Shown here: positions 52,775 to 64,000 of the stretch, piece after piece
Layout: each line of letters opens with the position of its first letter
How positions within the stretch are numbered: the stretch's first letter is position 1
From: Raillietiella orientalis
Taxonomy: Eukaryota
Direction: 5' to 3'
Length of the DNA: 64,000 nucleotides
NCBI GenBank assembly: GCA_036172245.1
Contig: JAYWIR010000018.1
Span: 1,426,001 to 1,490,000 of the forward strand
Program-made: the position numbers and the translations under genes
The notes under the pieces: model-generated
Told to the model about the DNA's origin: nothing
Seen by the model: only the letters and a program-made list of their open reading frames with translations
Database searches by the model: none

Positions 52775-53690
52775 GAAACACAGCTGCGATGGTGCACCAT
52801 GGCCATCGCAGCGAAGTTGTGAAGCACCCCTTGGTGTGTTCCGGCCCGAATCCTCGCCAGACGTATGTCCAGTACCCAAGGACTCGCGTCGTTTCTTCTG
52901 TGCCGCGGTCGGAAGATTCGAAGATGCGGTCTGCTCCTTGGACGCATGGCGTCCCTGGCTAAGGAAAATGGCTGGATGGTTTGCAGCTCCGCCAACTCCT
53001 CCGCTTGGCTGGAGGAGAACGCTGGCACGTGGGCAAAGATGAGTGAGGGAAGTCACGAGACGTGGAACTGCCTGCGGGCCGGCATATACGCCCGCCGCAC
53101 TATGAGGGAAATACTGGAATTTCCCGCGAGCTGCATGTGGGCGGAGAGGATCTTCCTTGCTACGGCGATGCCCTTCCTGCGGAGGGCGCTTTACAGCAGC
53201 CGGAAGCCGAGGTGGCAAGTCTCCTGCCGAATCGCAGGCACAGAGAAGTTGATCAGTGGCTGGACCATGGGAGAGCTGGCGGACGCCACAACCCCGAGCG
53301 TCCAGCCAAGAGGATTGAGGAAATGGGGCGAGCTGCTCGGCATCCAGACGGATGACTTGAAGTGGCCCCCAATTTTGAATGGATCCAGGATTCTTCCCCT
53401 GAAGTGGCAGGAGTCGGCGCTTCTCTTGTTGCATTGGAGTCTACCCTGCAACGCGCGCCGCTTCCACTGGACGCGGGGAAGTTTTCACCCGGTCACGCCG
53501 GGGCGTTTATTAAAAAACACTTTACATTTGCGGTACTAGGCCCCGCTACGGCCAATATTTCATGGGACCTGCCAGGAAGCCGGTTCTGAGGCCAGCTTGT
53601 CCTCCTCGGCAGAGGAGGGGATAGGGGGTAAAACAAAAAGAAAAATAAATGAAATAACAAAAAGAAACTATTTGGGGGGCCGAGAAGGGA

Positions 53691-56593
53691 TCACAACCCG
53701 CTAGAGGAAGAGACTATCCTTTCCAGGATGCCCTCGAGGTCCCTCGTCATAGCTCCCAGATGGGACCAGCCGATCGCGATTCGCAGGTAGCGACCCGCGT
53801 GTACGATGGGGTCCCTGTCGCTGCTCCCTCTGTTTGCTGCGCTCCAGGCGGCCACAATCCCTCGGAGGCAGCAGAGCGCTGCCAGGGTTGAGGCTGGTGG
53901 CAGGGCGTCTCGCACGAAGAGGAGTCTCACAACGTCTCTGGGGGTACTGCCGGCCGGCATAGGGAGGGTCGTAGCATAGCGTTCCCACAAGGGCCGAAGG
54001 GCAGCGCAGTCCACTAACAGATGGGGGAGGGATTCCTTCTCCCCACACACTGCACAGTTCTGTCTCACGTTCCCCAACGTCCAGTGGTGGCGGCGCGCGT
54101 TGCAGGGAAGACCCCAGTGCAACAACAACAGCGCCGTTTCCTGCCACTTGAGGGGGAGGGTGGATGCGTCTCTAAATAACGGGGGCCACTCTAGGTCATC
54201 CGCCGGGATGCCAAGCAGCTCGCCCCATCTCCGTATTCCATGCGGGTGAACGCTTGGGGTTGCGGCGTCTGCCAGTTCCCTCATTGTCCACCCGCTTAGA
54301 TCCTTCTCCTTGCCCGCTTTCCGGCAGGAGACTTGCCATCTCGGCTTCCGGCTGTTTTGAAGCGCCCTTCGTAGGAAGGGCAGCGCCGTGGCCAGTGGGG
54401 TCGTCTCCGCCCAAGTGCTTCTGGCGGGACACACGGGATCATGTTCCGCAGCGTGCAGCGGGTGTAGATGCCGGTGCGCAGGCGGTTGCAGGATTCTCCA
54501 CTGATGTGTTTCAACTTTGCCCACGTTCCAACTGTTTCTTCCAGCCATGCGCTGGAGTTGGCAGGGCTGCAGGCCATCCACCCGTTCTCCTTTGCCAGGG
54601 TGGCCATGCGTCCCAGGAGAACTCCGCATCTTCTTATTTTCCGGCCGGGGCACAGAAGAAAAGACGCGAGTCCTTCAGTCCCGGACACACGTCTGGCGAG
54701 AAGGCGGGCTGGAACGCACCAAGGGGTGTTCCACATTTTCGCTGCGATGGCTAGAGTACGCCACCGCAGCTGTGTTTCCATTCGCTCCATCGTCAGGACG
54801 CTAAGACCTCCGTCCCGACGTGGAGCGCACAAATCCTTTAAAGGCACACGAGGCCTCCCGCCGCCCCACAGGGCGATGCGTAGGTCCTTTGTTCTTTTTT
54901 TCAGTTCACGGGGTACGGGGCAAACAAAAAGCAGAGGGCGAAGGAGGGGGGCCGCGAACGCGTTCCACACAGCGGCCCGTTCCGGCAAGTGAAGCTTGCC
55001 TTCCAGGAACGGGCCGATCGCTGACTCCACTTTTTGGAGACGACCTGACCTTCTGACTGGCAGAAGTCCCCCAACGGAACGCCGAGGTACTTCAAGTACC
55101 TCTCCGTGGGGATCCCCAAGCGGATCCAGTCAGGCCGTCCGACCCACGTCGCACCAACCGCTACCACCGATGACTTCGCCTTATTTACCCGTAGTCCAGT
55201 CCCGCAGCTAAGCAGATCGAAGAAATCCTCGACTGCGGCTGCCGGGGCGGACATGGGCAAAAGGAGCAGAAGATCATCGGCGTAAGCCGCTACGGCCGGC
55301 GTACCTAGACACGAGCTTGGCAGGGCAGCCAATGTCACCCTGTATGCTCTCAGCACCAGTTCGAAATAGGTGCTAAAGAGCAGGGGACTCAGGCTGTCGC
55401 CCTGCCGGATGCCGCGCCTCACCGGCACGCCGAACATGTGCTGTCCTCTGAAAAACAAGTTGATGATCGCATTGCGCCAGCAGGCGCGCAGGTAGACCGT
55501 TAAGGTGTCCGGGAAGCCCATGCGATCCAGGAGCTCCAGAAGGAGTTCCTGGTCCACGCAATCGAACGCTTTGTGCAGATCGACTGCGATCGCTAGAGCC
55601 CCCTTTCCTTCCCGGTCGTCCCTTACTTGCTGCGCTGGCGCCCTCAAATCAGGTTTGTCGACATTCCGTTCTTTTTCCAAATTTTTCTCGCGTTGCACAT
55701 GGAACCATGTGCTGGCGAAGAACAGGTTCGCTTCCATGCTTCGTCCGGGAACAGCGTACGTCTGTTCCGGGCTGACGAAGCTGTCAGCTACCTGCCCCAG
55801 TCGCGCAGCCCACAGTCCAGCCAGCAGCTTGGCGTCCGTGTTCACAATCGTGATCGGACGCCAGTTGCATAATTTTCTGAGGTCTCCTCCCTTAGGAAGG
55901 AGCCTCACCCTGGCTGACCGAAACGAGGCGGGAACATCGCCTTCGTTTTGGATCAGCCGTGTCAATTGGAGCACCAGGGGGGTCAGCTCTGCAGCGAAGC
56001 ACTGAAAGAACTCCGCCGGCAGGCCGTCCTCCCCTGGCGCCTTACGCCTCTTGAGCCTTTTAATAGCGGTGATGATTTCACCGGTCGTAAAAGGCTCGTC
56101 GAGGCTTTCTTTCTCCTCCTCTCCTATGGCCGGGGCTCCATCTGGGAGCAAGCGCCGCGAGACGTCCCACTCCGCAGGTACCCTGGCTTAAAGGGAGGAG
56201 TAAAATCCACGCACGAGGCGACGTATCGATGCCGGGTCCGAGTATTTCTGGTCCAGGTCGTCCAGCACGCTGGGCGGCCCGGTTTGCCAGGCTTGACGCT
56301 CGGCCCCGGCTTTGTACTCGGCCAAGCGACGGATGTCAGGGGTCCTCGCGAAACGACAGGCGTGCAAATACGCTCTTTCGTTGCGGGCCCCCTTACCAAA
56401 TCCCCGGGGCAGGCGGTGCACAGGGAACTCCTCGCAGAACTCGCGGACCGAGGCCTTCATGCGGTCCCAGTCTTGGAGATTCCGGAGGATGACGCCTCCC
56501 AGTACTTGGCGGAGATGTTCTGCCGCACCTGAGATGCGCGTCCAGTCCCCGGGCAGACGCCACGCCCTGGATGGTGGTCCTTTGTCGCGAGGC
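53691..56593 (-). pseudogene. Element B ORF2 3' part (reverse transcriptase and CCHC domain), frameshifted
   Basis: Overlapping ORFs 54901-56151, 54296-55030 and 53691-54653 with RT motifs and CAVCGEKESLPHLLVDC. Confidence 0.9.
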
Positions 56594-56701
56594 TTCCCCG
56601 TGTCCTTCTAGGGAGCGGAGTTGGTTTGGCATTGCTCAGCGGTCTAGTTAGTGCGAAGGTTTTCGGTGGTTTTGTCTGGTGTGTAGGAGCGCCGGTGTCC
56701 C

Positions 56702-58424
56702 ATGGCAGAAATGCCTGAGGACACCGCGATGGAAATTGGGGGAGGAGAGGCGACTTGCTCTCCACCACCCATGAAAGTGGGGGCGTCCGCCGTCACGGAA
56801 TCCGGGGCACTTGCCCCATCGGAATCGGGGGCAGCCGCCCCTTCGAGACCCTCTTCGCCAGCGGCGAGGAGTTGGAATGCCGTCGTTGCTGCACCATCCC
56901 CGGCTGCAGTAGCGGAGTAGACTGCCTACAAGGACAGCGGCTACAAACCGTCGCTGATCTACAAGGTAGGCAGTGTGTTCGACGAGAAAATTACACGCTC
57001 CTTTGAAATGGAGCTGCAAAGACTGAATGTGAGGGAGGAAGACCTCGAGGGCCTCTCCGTCCTTAATGGGGGGCAGCGAGTTGAGCTGACTTGCAGAGAG
57101 GCAAGTCTGGCGCAGCGCCTGCTAAACACCCCCATTACGGTGGACGGCCGCAGGATCTTCCCTGTGACGGAGGACCGCTCCGTCGTGGTCCACCTCACGG
57201 GCGTATCACTCCGAATGGACAAAACCAGCGTCCATGAGGAGTTGTCAAAACACAGTAGTGTGCACGCGTATTGGGCCAAACCCAATGTCTTCCGAACGTA
57301 CGGAAGGAAGGCTATTCAGTGGGATGGCCGCTGCCCGCGTCACACTACCGGAGAATGGTGGGTTTCCCCACAAACTAGATATCGGCGAAGAAAAAGTCGA
57401 TGTTTGGTACGTGGGAAAGCCCAAGTATTGTGGCCATTGCGATGCTACAGGGCACTTAAAAAAACGGTGCCCTAACATCCAATGCCACTTATGTGGAAAC
57501 AAGGGCCACATCCGCAAGGTGTGCCCAAGACGAGAAATCCCGGTCCCTCCCGCTGCCAAAAAGGCAAAGGGGAAACGGGCGGGAGAGACGAATACCATGA
57601 AGCAGGCCGTAAGGAGCCAGATGCCAGTCCCTAAGCCATCCCAGCAAACGTCGGTTGAGAGCACTCCCGACGACGCTGGCGACGGCGAAGGCTGGCAGAC
57701 GGTACAGCCCAGAAGAAAGCCCAGGAGTCCCGAACGAAGCGCGGGGAAAACAAAAACGCAGCGCGAAAAACCGTGCTGCGAAAAACTTCGCGCGTGTTCG
57801 GTGAAATTAGAGCGTGTGGAGGCACTCGATGCCGCCACCGGGGGAGCAATCCCCCCCCTCGCGTCCGCCGAAGCCGCGACGGTCGATGGCGAACCCTCTG
57901 GGGAAACAGAGGGGGAACCGCGCGCCGCGCTCGACGCGATCGAGGAGACCGCCTTCCAGCAGGCGGTGGAAGAACTCACGGCAGAACTGCAAGGCCGTGA
58001 GAAGAACTCCCGGAAAGGCTTACGAAGGCCGGCCGCGAGGAAGGCTCCGGATGCAGGTGAGGCCGAACCGGATGCCGGAAGTGCGTCCTCCTCAACGGAG
58101 GCGCCACCAAAGAAGACGGGACGCAAGTCCCAGAATCCCAGGAGGCGCATACGGATCAAGAAGGAGGAGGATGAACTGGCACCCGAGGGGGAAGCCGGCA
58201 GCGTGGGAGGCGAGGGTGGGAATCTTTCATTTCTCGACACCGTGCAGCTGGCGACCCCCATGGAGGAGGAAGTACAGGTGGGTGGAACCCCCCTTCCTCT
58301 GCACGGCCCTGACGAAGACTCGGCCCCCATGGAGGAGGGAGAAGCGGTGCGCGACGCACCCCCTCCTCCTAGCGTCCCGCCCGACAAGGTGGCGGGAGCC
58401 CCATTGCCACTTTCCCAGGATTAA
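56702..58424 (+). pseudogene. Element B ORF1 (gag-like, two CCHC knuckles), one stop and one frameshift
   Basis: ATG 56702, SWNAVV motif, in-frame TAG at 56918, frameshift near 57330. Knuckles CGHCDATGHLKKRC and CHLCGNKGHIRKVC, followed by a low-complexity tail. Confidence 0.82.
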
Positions 58425-58442
58425 CACCTGGGCTCGCCTGTC

Positions 58443-59119
58443 GCCGTAGGATCCGCGTAGCCTGCTGGAACGTCAACGGGCTGCGCGACGACGGCAACAG
58501 GTGGGATACGGCCGACACCCTGCGCGACTTCGACCTGGCGCTCCTGCAGGAGATCCACGTGATCACCGCGGAGAACGCCCAGGAGATCGAGAGGATCGCA
58601 GGGGGTCGTCTGTTTTGGCAATGCGGCGCTCGCAACACCTGTGGCGTCGCTTTTTTTATGAAGCCAGCAGTCGCCTCCTTCGTCAAGGACGTACGCTTCG
58701 ACAACGACAGTCGGGTTGGCCAGCTCATCCTTAGGTGGTCCGACTCGATCGACCTTGTCGTGACCAATGTGTACGCTCCGAGCGGAGGATGCGGGTAGGG
58801 GGAACGTTCCCGGTTCCTCGAAACCCTGAAGCGCGACTGGCTGGCGGATACAAACGTACGCAAAGTGCATCTGATCGGTGGGGATTTCAACATCCGCCTG
58901 CTCTCAGGTGTGCCTTGCGGGCAAAAAGACGCAGCCAACGAGCTGTGCGCTGCTATGCGCACGCGCAACTTGTTGGGGGACCTACCGGAAATGGTCCAAA
59001 GCGTAGACCACGTCTTCCTTGATGCCGACCTGTGCCCACGGGTCGGCAGACGAGGGAAACTTCCGTCGACGCTATCGGACCATTTCCGGTTGATATTCGA
59101 GGTTATGCCTCGCGACAAA
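58443..59119 (+). pseudogene. Element B ORF2 5' part (APE-type endonuclease)
   Basis: Motifs ACWNVNGLR, LLQEIH, GVAFF, NVYAP, IGGDFN, VDHVF, LSDH. In-frame TAG at 58796. Confidence 0.88.
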
Positions 59120-59916
59120 GGACGCGGGGAAGAGTGAATCCTGAGTGTGCCAGGTGTGGGGAGCGGGAGTCCCTCCCCCACCTTATAGTTCACTGCCCTG
59201 CCCTCCGGATTCTTTGGGATCGTCTTGGAACGGCCCTTGGGATACCGGTTGGTGGCAACCCGAGAAAAGTTTACAGTCTTCTCTTCGTGTGGGACGCCAT
59301 GAGGCTAGCCGCAGCCCTGGCAGCACTTTGCTGCATCCGTAATATTGTGGCGGCCTGGAGTGAAGCCGAAGATGAAGATTCCAACGTAACGGACGTCATC
59401 CCGTATGCTGTTCGCTTCCTGCAGAGAGCTACCGGATGGCCCCAGCTGGGTAGATTGAAGGAGGACCTCGAGGGCATCCTGCAAAGGATGGATCCTCCTC
59501 GAAGTGGGCAGTGATCCCTTCCCATGCCTTAAAAACTTTTTTTTTTGGTTATTTTTTTATTTTTCTTTGTTTTTTCCCCCTTCCCCTTCCACTGCCGAGA
59601 AGAGTCACGCTGGTCTGCGTCCTGGCAGGTCCGGCGATATGCTGGCGGTTAGTGGGGCCTTGTACTGCGTATTGTACTGACCTTTGGAAAAGTTTGAATA
59701 AACGTCCCGGCGTATCCGCGTGGCATCGCTGACGAACAGTTGACCGTTCAAGGGTGATCCGACATCCCAACTGGTGGGTTTCTTGCAGACACGATATCTT
59801 GCTGTGCGATGATCCGTACAATCCTTTTTCTTTTGCCTTGGTTCGTCAGTCCATTGACATTCCAGAAGGCGATGTTGATTCTCCTGGTGGTGGACAAGGA
59901 CGAGGCCATGAAGAGG

Positions 59917-61416
59917 TTATTTTCTTGTTTTCCTGGTCTTCATCTGCCGAGGAGATCTCTTCGTTCTACCGGAGGCAGAAGGCTTTTCGCTTCCTGAGTC
60001 ACTTTCCATGCCGGTGAGGTCGGTGGCTTCTGCCACTTGTTCCAACTTCTCCATGACACTGCGTGGAAGCATCTCCAAGCTCACCCTCGCACAGTACTCG
60101 GTCTTCACGTTAAGAAGCTTGTTCTCCAGCTTCTCGCGGTGGGCCTCCTCCATCGTCCTGTTGATGTCCTCCTGGACCTCACAGAAACGTCGTAGGAGTT
60201 CTTTCTCCTTCCTTTCTACTTCACGCTGGACATCCTCTGCCAGCTTTCCCAAGTCCTCGGTTATCTTCAGAGTTCCCTCCTATACCGGAGACACTCCGCC
60301 TCTACCCTCTTTTCAATCTTCTCTGCCATCTCGCCATCCTCTGCTACTTCCTTTGGTTTCTCGGATACTTCTTGCTCCTTTTGGAGAACCCCTTTTTTCC
60401 TTTTTCCTCACCTCCACAAAACCGTCCTCAGACACGAGTGGGACTTCGCCCTTCCTCCTCGACTTCTCTGCTACTACTTTCTTCGGCTCTTCAGCCGGTT
60501 TTTTCTACTCTTTCCCGCACGGGGGAAACTCCCGTGCATAGTACGCCAGTTCGCGTATTTCGGACAACTCCACCTCGTGTGGCCCGGAGCCTTGCAAAAG
60601 GCACACACCACCGGCTGCTGACACGACCTGACCTGGTGCCCCTGCTTACCGCAGCGGAAACACCTAGACCTCGGACAAGCGCCGACCTTATGCCGAACCA
60701 CTTGCACTCTGTGCAGGAAATTGGCTGTTGCCTATAGCGGACGTAGACTTACTGGGAGTCCTTATCGATGTGGACCAACCCTGGAATTTGCGCCCCCTCC
60801 AACAGCTTTATTTTTGCTCTAACGTCTCCAAAGAACACTTCACGAGAGTGGTTCCTGAACTCGACGTCCAGGACTTCTCCATACTTGGCCAAAAAGTTCC
60901 AGATGGCTTGTTTCTTTGTTGCAATACAAACGCCACCTAGGAACACTGTGGTGTATGGCATTTCACCAATGCCCCGCACCAACCGGTCTTGAATATTAAT
61001 GCCTTTCTCGATGAGAGCTTCGATCAGGGGTTCACTATCAGTATAAATAGTGAACCCTGTAGTGCTGGGTATGATCGCCGGCACATGATCGAAGTCAACA
61101 TTTGCCTTGAAGAGGGCTAAATACATTCTTTTATGTTATTTATACGGATAAGTCCGGTTTTAAACGTGATGGGTTTCACGTCTGGACTTATCCGTATTAT
61201 TAGTTCGTCCTTATTCTCTATCGTCCCCACTTCGGGCTTACCAAAACTGCGGTTTCGCTGGGCATTGGTGCCCGCCACTACCGCCGCGTACGACACTGGC
61301 CGCGATGTCGCGGCCGCACAAGACGGCGTCTCACCCTTCGAGCTCCGCGCCACGTGGGAGCTCGAGGGCTGTGTCTCTGGCGTCTCCTCGGGGGTGACCC
61401 GAGGCTCCGCCGTCAC
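59917..61416 (-). pseudogene. Element A ORF1 (gag-like, RRM-like region, zinc knuckles, coiled-coil), frameshifted; start approximate
   Basis: Fragments 61117-61416 (SYAAVV), 60749-61126 (IWNFLAKYGEVLDV), 60474-60707 (CCHC), 59917-60252. Confidence 0.8.
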
Positions 61417-64000
61417 TCGATCACCCGACGCTACCTCTCTTGTCTGGGGTGACGTCGGCCTCTATCTCCTGCATCTTGGCGGCGAGTTGCTGCACTCCTG
61501 TCGTCGAGATGGACGCAGTCCCTCCACCGGGCTGTCCCTGTTCTTGCAGGTGGTTAAGTCTTCCGTTGCACTAACACTATTAGTTTCACGTCACTGTTCA
61601 CTCTTTTGGCAATTCTTATTGACCACTCGGGGCAAGCAAAAATTGCCGCGGCAGTGATGTTACTCACTGCCTTGGCGGGGTATTGGGTAAAGTTTTCAAC
61701 TAGCAATAATCGCGGCTCTGCACGCGTCCTCGCCTACGATAATGCCCGTGCACAAGGCAATATAAATTATACAATGATGTTTAATTGGCAATTGACGTGA
61801 AATAAGTTTTTGAAGCCCAATAATTTTATAGTTCCAATACTGACCGAATCCACCTGGTGGACATTTTGTCTTAACGCAAAGTGGTACATGACCTTCAAGA
61901 AGCATTCAACAATAACAGTTGCTCTATAAAAGAACTAATCAAAAGAATGCAAGCAATAGATAGAAGGAAAAAATTGAAGAAAAGGAGTATTTCCTAACTT
62001 AATGGGATCTTTATCGTATTAAGGGAGAGACTCAACGAAGACAAAACACAAAATTACACTTTAGCAGCTTGCTTTATTGATAGATTTATTGATTAATGGA
62101 TTTATTGAAGAATTATTGATTATTAGCATTCATTGAAGATCTTGTACTATTGCTCAGGCAAATCTTGTAGTATAAGTATGAATCCATATGGGAGTTCATT
62201 CCAGAATAAATAGCACCACAATAAATGGAGTTACTTTAAAAATACAGAATTAATTTGCAATTCCATCAGAATGGTATTTCTGGAAAAGTCAAGCTGAAAG
62301 TAAGGAAAAAACAGTAACAAAAAGTTTTTCAGCTTCAAAGTGGAACAGCAATGAATTCAACACTCTAATTTAAACCCCAATGATCAAAGCACAAAGACCT
62401 AACATATAAGTGAATAAAGCATTGCAAAGACTCCATTTCTCATCTGGGAAATGTATGCTTTTTAAGTAATTTACACTCCATGCAACAAACCTTGCAGCAA
62501 ATTACAGAGAATTCAACAAAATACTTCTGATGTGTACAGTATGAGGTATGTAGCTTTGTACAGTATACTTTCGAACTGGATCTTGTTTGAATCTACATGA
62601 GAATTTTGAAAATATTTAAGGTCTTTGATTTCTTAAAACGGAATATGCCATTTATGAGCCGCTCTGACTAAATAAGATATAAAACGTACCCATCGCACAT
62701 ATGCGTCGTATTTCGCCTAAGGGAATGCACTAGAAATATCTTGAAATTATCATCTACAGCCGGACATGTCAAAGTTGCCAACAAAGGGAGAACTTAAAAC
62801 ATCTGGTGATGATGACCCAAATTCACACTTAGACCATACCAACTTGCAATTAGGTGTGTGAGACATGAGAATCCCACATCAATCGACTATTCTTTTCTCA
62901 GTCCATCTTTTAAAACTTAATTTTAAATATCACAGCTTGAGCACTCGGAACCAATAGGAGCACTTGAAGATTTTTGACTATTGAATTAAATATGAATATA
63001 AGTGCTATGTCTTCGAAAATTCATTCTTCTCCATTCTCCTGGAATTATGAATGAATACTGATGTACGTTTTATTTCTATATTGTTTTTTCAGTAATTCTC
63101 CTTGAAGTACTGAAATAATGACTGGTTTCTCCGTTTGGGGATCCTTATGAAATACTATCAAAAATGTTGTAATTAAAAGTATTGGAATATCATTACGTTT
63201 TGGTTCCGCTAGCGCTTGCTAAGTTGTTCCTTTACGAAATAGTAAGAAAAGCTTTTGTATATTGGAATTGACCGTATTACGGTAGAGAGAGTAACGTATC
63301 TGTACCTCCTTTTCTAGGGATGAATAAAAGAGAACATTTATATATCGAGGAAACTTCCGATTCCTCCTTGATATTGACCAATCCAAGACTCCTATAAAGC
63401 ATAAATTTCAACGTGAGTAAGCAATTCTCAAGTTGACTAAAACAAAGAACTGTCCAATGATGAAACCACTGAGTTCTAGAAAAACAATAGTTTGTTGAAT
63501 ATCATTATGTGATGTGTAGATATATTGGGCATTTAATAATATTGGGCTTTTGCTTTCTAAGAATGCTTACATGTAAAGAAATAAACGCGGTCACAAATGG
63601 AAATATTATCATAGACATAAATTCTGCCAAAATGTGTTGCTTTCTGGGTTTCAGAATCATATTTGGAAATCCTGTGGATGATTTTTTTTTTTTTTTTTAT
63701 GAAGAAAAACGAGAATTGTCAAAATTGTACCAGAAAAGCTAGCAATCGGAAAGCAATTAGCTCAAAAAAGTTCGAATATACGAAAGTATTGTAGACTAAA
63801 GTCTACAGGCAGACTGAACAAGCTGTATGGCTTGACAATAAGTACATTGAAAAATGTATAAAAAGGAGAAATATAGTAAACCGAGGTAGTCACGCTTTTT
63901 GCCATTGACTGACAAAAAGTGGCTTTGAGGCAGAAAAAGGAAACAACCGAGAATAGAACAGAATTTTGATTTTAGATGTTTTCCTTAGTTAGAAAATAAA

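Larger units (their letters stand above)
53482..59119 (-). mobile_element. Element B: full-length L1/Tx1-like retrotransposon (5.6 kb) with inverted 5' half
   Basis: 13-bp TSD GGACGCGGGGAAG at 53469-53481 and 59120-59132. The minus-strand part 53482-56593 carries RT (KAPGEDG, WRPITIVN, DLHKAFD, RQGDSLSP, AYADD, KYLG), zinc finger and 3' UTR. The plus-strand part 56606-59119 carries 5' UTR, ORF1 and endonuclease. Confidence 0.9.
52775..59727 (+). mobile_element. Element C: 5'-truncated L1/Tx1-like copy (~1.3 kb: 52775-53481 + 59133-59727), inserted in A's endonuclease and itself split by element B
   Basis: 12-bp TSD GCTGACGAACAG at 52763-52774 and 59728-59739. Coding rejoins as ...LPCNARRFHWTRG|RVNPECARCGERESLPHLIVHC..., homologous to the C-terminus of element B. 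3' UTR has AATAAA at 59697. Confidence 0.88.
49351..61758 (-). mobile_element. Element A: full-length but decayed L1/Tx1-like non-LTR retrotransposon (~5.4 kb reconstructed), split by nested insertions at 52775-59727
   Basis: 17-bp TSD AATATAAATTATACAAT at 49334-49350 and 61759-61775. ORF1 fragments ~61416-59917 with CCHC knuckles (CFRCGKQGHQVRSC, CAFCKAPGHTRWSC). ORF2 starts at 59909 (AFWNVNGL, LQETH) and resumes at 52774 (GVAILV, AGDLN, DHVL, SDH), then RT (WRPISILN, DMEKAFD, RQGDSLSP, YADD) and a C-terminal CxxC...H...C. Stops and frameshifts are present. Confidence 0.92.

Noticed and set aside
57245..58387. 380-aa minus-strand ORF
   Set aside because: Antisense shadow of the GC-rich element B ORF1.
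56918..58470. Possible programmed readthrough (TAG 56918) or -1 frameshift between element B ORF1 and ORF2
   Set aside because: The copy has several other stops and frameshifts and no canonical slippery heptamer, so decay is the simpler explanation.
1..64000. CRISPR arrays, rRNA, tRNA, prokaryotic operons
   Set aside because: None seen. The sequence is intron-containing eukaryotic DNA, and the only long direct repeat is the 771-bp Nup98 unit.

Overview
Eukaryotic (animal, probably arthropod) genomic DNA in four compositional blocks. (1) 1-28.6 kb, GC-rich: the 3' ~3000 codons of a Fat/FAT4 atypical cadherin gene (+ strand, 7 exons seen, one 10.7-kb intron; the 5' part lies outside the window). 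(2) 32.7-40.7 kb, AT-rich: a complete 18-exon Nup98-Nup96 gene (- strand) with mostly 40-56 nt introns. It carries three tandem autoproteolytic domains, each followed by an intact HF/SKYG self-cleavage site, which predicts a four-part polyprotein instead of the usual two. (3) 45.9-47.6 kb: a 5-exon ACAD8-like acyl-CoA dehydrogenase (+ strand). (4) 49.3-61.8 kb: three L1/Tx1-like non-LTR retrotransposons nested inside each other, each with its own readable target-site duplication (17, 12 and 13 bp). The innermost has an inverted 5' half with inverted duplications at both breakpoints. Gene models were built by hand from GT-AG sites and frame continuity; no database searches were run.
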